Source of the DNA: Amoeboradix gromovi X-113
Taxonomy: Eukaryota > Fungi > Sanchytriomycota
Direction of reading: 5' to 3'
Assembly (NCBI GenBank): GCA_018985225.1
Contig: JADGIF010000179.1
Span: 1-15,774 of the forward strand
Length of the DNA: 15,774 nt
Shown: positions 1 through 8,000 of the stretch, piece by piece
Position numbering within the stretch: the first letter of the stretch is position 1
Layout: every line of letters starts with the position of its first letter
The notes under the pieces: model-generated
Database searches by the model: none
Told to the model about the DNA's origin: nothing
What the model saw: only the letters and a program-made list of their open reading frames with translations
Program-made: the position numbers and the translations under genes

Positions 1-115
1 TGAAAGAGCAAGAGAATAGCTGTACAGAATATTTATTTTTGAAATTTCGATACAAATTGTCTAGTCTAGTTTTTACAAAGCATGTAGCTTTTGTTAATTC
101 ACCAAGGGGCACTAT

Positions 116-943
116 ATGACACAGGAAAATTCTGTAAATCATTGCTGTACTTTCGACATAAAAGGAAGGTGCTATCAGCCTGTTTTTGCATGCGTTACTT
201 GTGATCCTAGCAGTACCTCTTACATTTGTCACTACTGCGTACAGAAATGTCACGTTGATCATGAAATCATTGACCTTTATCCTAAACGAGACATTATCTG
301 TGATTGCGGTACTACTTCTCCAGATAGAACTATTTTATGCCAATACTCCACTAAGCTCAATCCCAACAATAACAAATATACTCAAAACAACAAGGGTCTA
401 TATTGCAAGTGTCATTCTGAGTACGATGGTGAACAATCTATGGTTAGCTGCTATGTTTGCCAGGAATGGTATCACTCTAAATGCCTAGATATAACAGATA
501 TACCCGACGGTCTATATGTGTGTTGTCCTTTGTTTATCTCAAAAATGTTACCTCATAATTCGAAAATCTTTAAAAAGTTTAACAACAACTACTTTTTATC
601 CTCTAAAATGTTCTGCAGCTGTGATGATTGTAGATCAATATGTAGTGTTAACAACTGGAACTTCATATTCGAAGATGACGAAGTCTACGAGACCGATGAA
701 ATAAGTTCAATCTTAGATATTGATCGTGCCGATGTCGGGACCATAATGTTAAAGCTTCAGTCGTTTGCTTCTCATTTAAAAAGGACTGCGTACGAAGCTG
801 CCTTAGAGGAGAATGATGCAGTGGTTGATAAAACACACGTCATCAAAGCTATCAAGAAGATGAGATTGACTCAAGATAGCCAGATGCAAGAGATTTATGA
901 TGAAGTAATTGATGAACTAGAACAACAAGAAGATGATACTTAA
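116..943 (+). CDS. UBR7: UBR7/Mlo2-like putative E3 ubiquitin ligase (zf-UBR box plus PHD finger)
   Basis: UBR-box zinc finger 'CTFDIKGRCYQPVFACVTC...ICHYCVQKCHVDHEIIDLYPKRDIICDCG', then 'NKYTQNNKGLYCKCHSEY...MVSCYVCQEWYHSKCL'. These match the UBR7 'NxYNxNFxGxYCxC' and 'MxQCxxCEDWFH' signatures. A later 'CSCDDC' and an acidic tail also fit. ATG 116 to TAA 941-943, 275 aa. Confidence 0.9.
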   Translation: MTQENSVNHCCTFDIKGRCYQPVFACVTCDPSSTSYICHYCVQKCHVDHEIIDLYPKRDIICDCGTTSPDRTILCQYSTKLNPNNNKYTQNNKGLYCKCHSEYDGEQSMVSCYVCQEWYHSKCLDITDIPDGLYVCCPLFISKMLPHNSKIFKKFNNNYFLSSKMFCSCDDCRSICSVNNWNFIFEDDEVYETDEISSILDIDRADVGTIMLKLQSFASHLKRTAYEAALEENDAVVDKTHVIKAIKKMRLTQDSQMQEIYDEVIDELEQQEDDT

Positions 944-960
944 TGTTAGTAAACATATAA

Positions 961-966
961 TTTATT
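961..966 (-). terminator. AATAAA polyadenylation signal overlapping the Hook stop codon
   Basis: Plus-strand tttatt at 961-966 overlaps the TAA at 966-968. Confidence 0.6.
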
Positions 967-2435
967 TATGATCTTAACAAATGCTGTTGCAATAACCGAC
1001 GTTGCTCAGTTAACCAACTGATAGTCTTTTCATTGTCGTTTCCGACAGCTTTGCCTAATTGTTGCCTGGCTATGTTATGAAGCAATCCAAACATGATGCG
1101 TTGCTCTTGCTGAGTAGTGCTAACGTAATCTTTGAACTTGATTTTTATCTCATCTAGCTGCGCTTGTTTACGGTTTAATTGCTCAACATCAGTGTTATTG
1201 ATGGGCTCATTTACTATTTTCTTGAGAGAATTGACTGTTTCCATTAATATTTGTTTGTCTTTTTCATATTTATCTAATTTCAGTTGAAATTGAGATTGCT
1301 GAGCAAGGAGTTTATCATTTAAGTACTTATGCTCCGCTTTTAACTGCTTGTACTCATTCGTCTCCTGGTTAACTTGGGTATACGTTGGGTCGACTTGTCT
1401 TAGCATTTCAGCAGAGCTAGGTGGGGATTCGGTGGCGTTATGCTTTTCATTAAGTTTATCTTCCAACTGCTGGATATATTCCATTTGGCTTTGTTTCTCT
1501 TGCTCTAAGAGCGAAAGTTGATCTAAAGTAGTTCTTAGTTCTTCCTGTATTTGAATTTGATGAATTTGCAACTGTTGATTCTCTTGCTGTAGAATGGAGT
1601 CTTTCGTATACTGCTGTGGTTCGCCTTTTAACTGGTTGATCAGCTCCTGATTAACCTGCTCTAAATGTTTGACATTGGCCTCTAGCTCGTTAAAATTTTC
1701 AACTTTCTTATTTAGCAAGATATTGTTTTGCTCCATCTTTTTAAATTTAATCAGCTTATGTTTTAATTCCTCAATATCCTGCTTAAGGCTTGTATTTGAC
1801 TGCTGTAAATTGGACTGGAATTGCAATTTACCTGTGAGATCGGTGATTATAGAAGTTTGTTTTTGAATCATTATATCCAAATCATTGATTTTGTCTTCTG
1901 CTAACGACAAATCGTTGTGTAGTTTATTGTTGCTGACATTATTTTGAACTGAGCCTAGTTGTCGCTTTAAATCTTCATTTTCCTCGTTTAGCTTAGAATA
2001 CTTAATTTGCAAATCATAGAGCTCATTCTTCAATTTTGAATCCCCATCAGTGCTAACAACTGGCTGAACAGTCAGCTTACCAAAAAGATTTTCAATCAGG
2101 TTTTTAAGATATATTTGATCTTGGCTTTGCAACTGCTGAATCAACTGGATATACTTATGATTCAAGTCGCATTGAACAAGGACCATCAACACCATCTCAT
2201 AATACTCAGAAAGAGAACTGATATTCAAGGGAAACTGATTTAGCGTCTGAAAATAGGACTGAAAGGAAGATCTTATTTTATTCAGATTATTATCTTCGGA
2301 CAAGGCGTTACCCACATTATTAACAGATGAGATATCTTGGAATTCATGGCTAGTTTGCTTGAGAATTTCAACATCCATGTGGGTGCAATCCACTTGCAGA
2401 GTACTAAAGAAGTTGGAGAGGGCTTGATGAACCAT
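966..2435 (-). CDS. HOOK: Hook-family dynein-dynactin cargo adaptor (divergent Hook domain plus long coiled coil)
   Basis: 'MVLMVLVQCDLNHKYIQLIQQLQSQDQIYLKNLIE' resembles the end of the Hook N-terminal domain (L.LG.AVQC.....YI..I..L....Q..I...I). A long Q/E/K/L heptad region follows. The C-terminus 'QQEQRIMFGLLHNIA...SWLTEQRR' matches the Hook 'EQ.LM.SAWY...SWL..QR' tail. The ORF track starts at TTG 2450; the first ATG is at 2435, giving 489 aa. Confidence 0.75.
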   Translation of the reverse strand: MVHQALSNFFSTLQVDCTHMDVEILKQTSHEFQDISSVNNVGNALSEDNNLNKIRSSFQSYFQTLNQFPLNISSLSEYYEMVLMVLVQCDLNHKYIQLIQQLQSQDQIYLKNLIENLFGKLTVQPVVSTDGDSKLKNELYDLQIKYSKLNEENEDLKRQLGSVQNNVSNNKLHNDLSLAEDKINDLDIMIQKQTSIITDLTGKLQFQSNLQQSNTSLKQDIEELKHKLIKFKKMEQNNILLNKKVENFNELEANVKHLEQVNQELINQLKGEPQQYTKDSILQQENQQLQIHQIQIQEELRTTLDQLSLLEQEKQSQMEYIQQLEDKLNEKHNATESPPSSAEMLRQVDPTYTQVNQETNEYKQLKAEHKYLNDKLLAQQSQFQLKLDKYEKDKQILMETVNSLKKIVNEPINNTDVEQLNRKQAQLDEIKIKFKDYVSTTQQEQRIMFGLLHNIARQQLGKAVGNDNEKTISWLTEQRRLLQQHLLRS

Positions 2436-2976
2436 GTTTTGTGACACCAAGGGTGACTTTGGGAAAATAGAGCAAGCTAAAGTTGGGTGATATTATTGAG
2501 ATTCTTTCTAATAGTGGCATTGCATTTTAAGTCTTTCAGTGCTAAATTCTTTGTTGCTAGTAGTCATATAACTATATTAAATATTTTCTGTACTTGGCAG
2601 CCTTGTTATACCAGTCAAATGCTTTGATACAGTATTGAGAGTTCAGAAATCGTTTAGTATTCTGGGATATAGCCCTATTCTCTTCAATTGTATGATATAA
2701 GAAACACCGCAATGCTTGTCAAGCTTGAATGTATACTGAAAGGATTTTTTCAACAATCCCCGTAGCAAATTAATAAATTCTTTTAATTCATACATTCATT
2801 TATATGCTCTGGTCCCCTAATAGACTCGGTGTTATCACAGTGATTACACCTAAATAAAAGCTTTCGATTAACATTATGACACCCATAGGGTGTCTATATG
2901 GTCATAGATTAGGTTATTATCGCATCCTTGTCTCTTATTCAAAAATAAAACGTTAATCCAAACTGATTAGGCCAAA

Positions 2977-4471
2977 ATGTGGAAATCTCCTGCTAAAAAT
3001 GAGGAAGTAAATTGCGAGGAAATAAATCAGCTACCAGAAGCCAATAGTAGAAATCCTACTTATGCTCAGATGTTTTTTGGAGCTAAAATAGAATCAAAAG
3101 AACCTGTTCATGGAGTATTGAACTTAAAAATAAGTACTATTGAGTTGAACATTGCTAGTGGTGAATACACTTACAATAACAAACTAAAGAAGCCAAAAGT
3201 TAAGAAACACAAGAACAAGCACAAAAAGTCTTCATCAGTTATAAAAAAAGTGTCAACCAATTTGCAAATAGTTGAAAATAAAAAGTCTGACAATAGCAAC
3301 ACGGTTAATGCTGCTAAAGGGCAGGAGAGTGTGGGCGGAGCAGCTTTACTCGGCACAAAAAGTATATCCCGTAAAGCTTTAGCTATAAATATGATTCAAG
3401 ACGGAAATGTAACACGCTACCACCAAAAGGACTTCATAAATGTGACATTGCGGCCGCAGGACAAAACTTTTAATACAGCCAAGTATGATTCAAAAAATCA
3501 AGCTGAAAATGATTTTTCAAAGGTTTCTAAGGCTTGTTCAGTGGAAACTGTCAATAACTTCAAACTGTTTGCCGTGCCAGTATCTGCAGCTGGATACACT
3601 TTAAAAAAATCAAAGTCAGCGAAGGCTAACAAAAAGAAACGGGAAAGCAAGAAGAAATTAGCAACTAAGATTAAAAATGATAGTCAATTGTTTCTACAGG
3701 ATAGCATTAGCCCTTTAGATTCTTTGGAATCTCTATCTGGTACCGAGTTGAGTTCAGGAATATCTTTGAAGGCAAGCGATTCAGAACTTGAAATCGCTAA
3801 TAGCAGTACACATACTTGGGTGAACGAGATTTCAGTCAAGGGGTCTCACCTTGACAGCACTCAAATATCTGAAGACTGTAACGATGAAAATTTTATCGCA
3901 CAGAGATACAAAATTACAAGCCAGCTAGTGACGGAACTCAGTTTTCATGAAGATGCGATGGAAATGTGTCTAAAAAACTATGAAAAACACGCGACAATTC
4001 TGAGAAATCACATTGCACGGATTGAAGTGGAAATGGAAGATCAGAGGTTAAGTTCAATATCGTTTGTTCCTATGACGTTACATAAAGATGTCTCACTCGA
4101 TAAACGTAAACTTCTGGCAGCAAGCGTTAAACCAAAATGTAATTTTAGGGATCAGTTTCACAGATTACATGAGCTAAACAAAATAATAGATTCAAATTCA
4201 GACGCAATATCACCAGAAACAAGTATAACAAGTCAATGTATTGAGCACTAACTTAGTCGGTTCTATAAAAACTGACGGCAGAACGATAGCCCAAATAAGA
4301 AGGTTAATCAAGAAAAAGGAAGGAGCCATATCGCACACTAATACAGAAAGCCAAGAAAACCTACTTGCATTAGCTGCACCGGTTTTTCAAGTGCACCAGA
4401 CAGAATACGGAAGCATCTACATCTGCGAATTTGTGTCATCTACCGATTCAGCATTTGAAGATTCTAATTAA
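2977..4471 (+). CDS. Hypothetical Lys/Ser-rich protein, two exons (2977-4237, 4257-4471), 491 aa; basic NLS-like clusters and a short C-terminal coiled coil
   Basis: The 424-aa ORF and the overlapping 76-aa ORF (TTG start) join in frame when the 19-nt GT-AG intron at 4238-4256 is removed (junction CAA T|TC GGT = Q-F-G). Spliced length is 1476 nt, or 492 codons. AATAAA overlaps the exon-2 stop. Basic patches: KLKKPKVKKHKNKHKK and KANKKKRESKKK. No family recognised. Confidence 0.7.
4238..4256 (+). other. Putative 19-nt spliceosomal intron (GTATTGAGCACTAACTTAG)
   Basis: GTAT donor, ACTAAC branch motif, TAG acceptor. It contains the in-frame TAA that ends the 424-aa ORF, and its removal fuses the two ORFs. 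Same length and layout as the Nde1 intron. Alternative in-frame donors exist at 4232 (25 nt) and 4223 (34 nt). Confidence 0.7.
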
Positions 4472-4476
4472 ATAAA
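4471..4476 (+). terminator. AATAAA polyadenylation signal overlapping the stop codon of the orphan gene
   Basis: Sequence TAAATAAA at 4469-4476. The same layout occurs at the Hook stop (961-968, minus strand). Confidence 0.6.
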
Positions 4477-5024
4477 CCAATTTTAGTGACAGCATAAGCC
4501 ACATTGTTCAAATATTCATATATTAGAGTTTTCAATTCTTCTCACTAATGGCTAATGCGTTAACAATCATAGCCAGAATGTATCAACTTTAAGGATTGCT
4601 AAATACAGAACACGCCCCTCTATGAGAGCTATGCAATCCTTTTACACTCCAAAGAAGGTTTCAGGCACTATAAAATGACTTAATACATTGCTAGTGATTG
4701 ATAAGTTTGCTTTTATGTTCAAAAGAAGATGAGATGGAATTGCAATTACGTATATAGCAGCCCGTAGTATAGCTTTGAATCCTCTTTACCATAACCCCGC
4801 TTCATTACAATACAAGTCTATCTAATCTGAAAAATTAGAGGTTTTATTATGGCTGAATCTGGTGTATGATCAGCTGCCGCTATTAGTAGAAATCTCGCTT
4901 ATTTTCTCTACCATATAGAACAGACTCAAATTGTTAGCTCATTCATTTTGAGCTCGTATTGTGCATTTAAATGTTGTTATATTTGATAAATTAGTTAAGT
5001 GAATTTATTGTGTCGTTTATGAAA

Positions 5025-8000
5025 TCAACTCAATAACCGTTGGAACAGAGATCTTTCTTCATAATCCAATTTCCCTAAAAAGGTTTTCAACAACCCCATA
5101 TGTTCTGGCAGTCCTATTTGTATCAGTCTCATGTACATCTTCTTTCCATCCATCATTCTAAATTGCTTCCACATGTTCAATAATAGCAAATATCCTTTTC
5201 TTTTATTCACACTCATTAATAAAACGAATCCATCTTCCAGCATCATTCCTTTTACTGTAGTACGTAATAGCATTTTTACAATACTTGCAATGACTATCCT
5301 TGTATTTATGCCCCTGTTTATCATCATCTTAATGCCTTGTATTCCGTATATTCCCATTTTATCCCCCATGTTAATACCATGTATGAAATACATGGTTATA
5401 CCCGTAATTTTGTGCTCTATTACTGAATCCTGCGCATGAATCATACTTAGCATTATTATCATATTCACTTCGTTAACCTCCAGTATCAGTTTGTTCAAGA
5501 TCACCTTGTATATCAACCATCCTAAGGTATCTATTGTAATCCCCATTGTTGCCTTTTTCAGCCATTGCAGTCCATTTGTTGTTATGTGCTTGTATCCTAT
5601 TAATATGCTCATCATGCATTTACTCGTTACTTCGTCTACGTTGTACTGTAATTCAATCAATAAACATCCAACCATTAAAGTGCATTGTATATACAACTGT
5701 GGTTGTATCTGCATATGATATATTAGTACGTTAAACAGTGATTCAATGTATTCTACACCCAGATCATTTGATTTGAAATTACGCAACATAGCACTTAAGT
5801 AGTCAATTTTATCACCCACTGCAGCTATTTTAAACAACATCTGAGATGAATGGTTAAAGTAGTCAATCAAAATACTTTCCTCACTCAAGATATCTATGTC
5901 CTGCATTTTTAGCACCATCTGTACATGCAATGGCGTGACTGTGTTGAATGAACACGAATGAGATTGAAGCAGTCCGAATGCCAGAGACTTTGTGGTGCTA
6001 GAATTACTAGAATTCGTGCTGGAAATAATCGATAGAACAATCTGAATCCATCTATGCTGAAATTGCAGATTGTTGAGATGTCTTGATTTAAACAGATTGT
6101 TCTTTTGAAACATTTGCTTGCACAGTACTGGTAACACATTTACATGCAACTCTTCTAATACCACATCATAGTTGGCATCTAGTAGATGGTTTAATTCAGC
6201 TTGATTAATAAACTCGTACACTTCTAAATAGCATGTCATCGTGGCAATTAATAAAACATTGCTTATTGTGTCTGTCTTTAACTGAGCCAAAGAATTACTG
6301 AATACAGTGTTGAGAAGCTTAACGGGTTTGTCAATCAATATGACGTCTTTAATGGATATAATAAATGTACTGTTTACTAAACAGGCACTGGCTATTAAAT
6401 CATCTGGACTACGTGAATTGAACATTGGGGATAACGCACTAGTGAATTGAGCATGATACTGCTCTAGTATCACATGTTCGTTATCCTGAGGATCTTTGAC
6501 ATGCTCAAACATTAATAAACAATCCTGCAATATCAACAAGCCATAAAACTTTAACTCCATATTGCTGCTAGTTGAGCAATTAAACGATATAGCAATCAAG
6601 TCCTGTATTTTATCGATTAAATCATACTGCTTTAGCAGTTGCAATACCTGCATAAAGCATTGTGCGGCGGTAATCAAACTATTAAACGACGGTATAATAG
6701 TGGACTTTGGCGATTGCTTCTGTATCATCTGAAGTCCTTCGTCATCTATGTTCATTGTTATTGTGGTTTGTTGTTGCTGTTTATTAAGTATAGACTTCAA
6801 GAGATTAAAATTGCTAATCAAATCGTCGTATGAGCGCTTGTTATCGATACAAATAGTACACATTTGACGCAATATCAACAGCTCATTAGTATTGATTACG
6901 TCCTCTGTAGCCATGATTAATACTTGCAAGGGCAAGGACAGAGGTTCATTAACAACCACATGCTTCAGCAGCTTTAGAATGACAAATCGTAAATCAGAAT
7001 GCATCGATTGCCTGAACATCTGTAGCAGTGACTCGCTAGTAAATGGTATGTTGCTAGTCATTTTAAAAGATATCAAAAACTCAAAGATATTGAGTGCATT
7101 AATACTCGTGAAGGGGTGTTTGTTATTGATATAGATAGCACTTAAATCCATCAATTTTGACTTAAATGGACTAGTAAATAACTCTGTACCGAGATTGAAA
7201 CATATGGATTGCAATATACTACTAGTATGATACAGGTATAGCCCATCTGATTCTACGCCCAGTACATCATTTAATATGAAGTATTCCTCGTAGTTGAGAT
7301 TGTTATATAGCCCCAAGTAAAGGTCAATAAACTTATTGTTGATACGCATAAAAGGAGCGCTAATAACATCCGTGCAACCGATTAGACCACTAGCGTGTGC
7401 CAATGGATGAGTATCCAATAGCAAGGAATTCATAACATTAATCAATACATCCATGTGATCAATAACTGTACATTTCTTAATCAAAGAAGTGAGAAATATA
7501 AACTGATAATGCCTTTTATCAACATCAGGATTGCTAATAGTTTTATCTAACAAGTCTTTAATTATGGCACTGGAGCTACTTGCATCTAGACTGGTGCCAA
7601 ATAAACTCAACAATTCGTTAATCAAATGAGGAATATCAGTAAACACCTCGCTAGTGTATTGTAGCAGCAGTTTATATGCGTTAAATGCTGCCACTGCATC
7701 CAAAGTGGTTTCAGTACCACCTAATAAACTGGCGAATATAATAAATGCTGTTTTACGCTTCATGGTGCTCTTTAGATCGATGGTAGTAAGGAATATACTG
7801 CAAGTGTTAATCAATTGCCGCTGGATCACTACATCACTCAGTGGTAAAGCAATTTGGATGAATTTGCAAAACGAGCTGATACATCTCATAAATGGCATAC
7901 TGCTACCATGAGTTATTAAACTTGTCTTGAATGATAACTTGTTAAATATTGACAAATCCAACTCAAAGTAAAACAACTTCACATGCGTGTCACTAGATAT

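Noticed and set aside
469-488. 20-nt GT-AG stretch (GTATCACTCTAAATGCCTAG) inside UBR7
   Set aside because: It encodes the conserved PHD 'WYHSKCL' zinc ligands, and removing it would frameshift the gene.
4548-4678. Possible small spliced ORF (29-nt GT-AG segment) and a 9-bp inverted repeat AAGGATTGC/GCAATCCTT at 4591-4641
   Set aside because: The product would be only about 33 aa and unrecognisable, the intron does not fit the 19-nt layout, and the stem is within chance expectation without further support.
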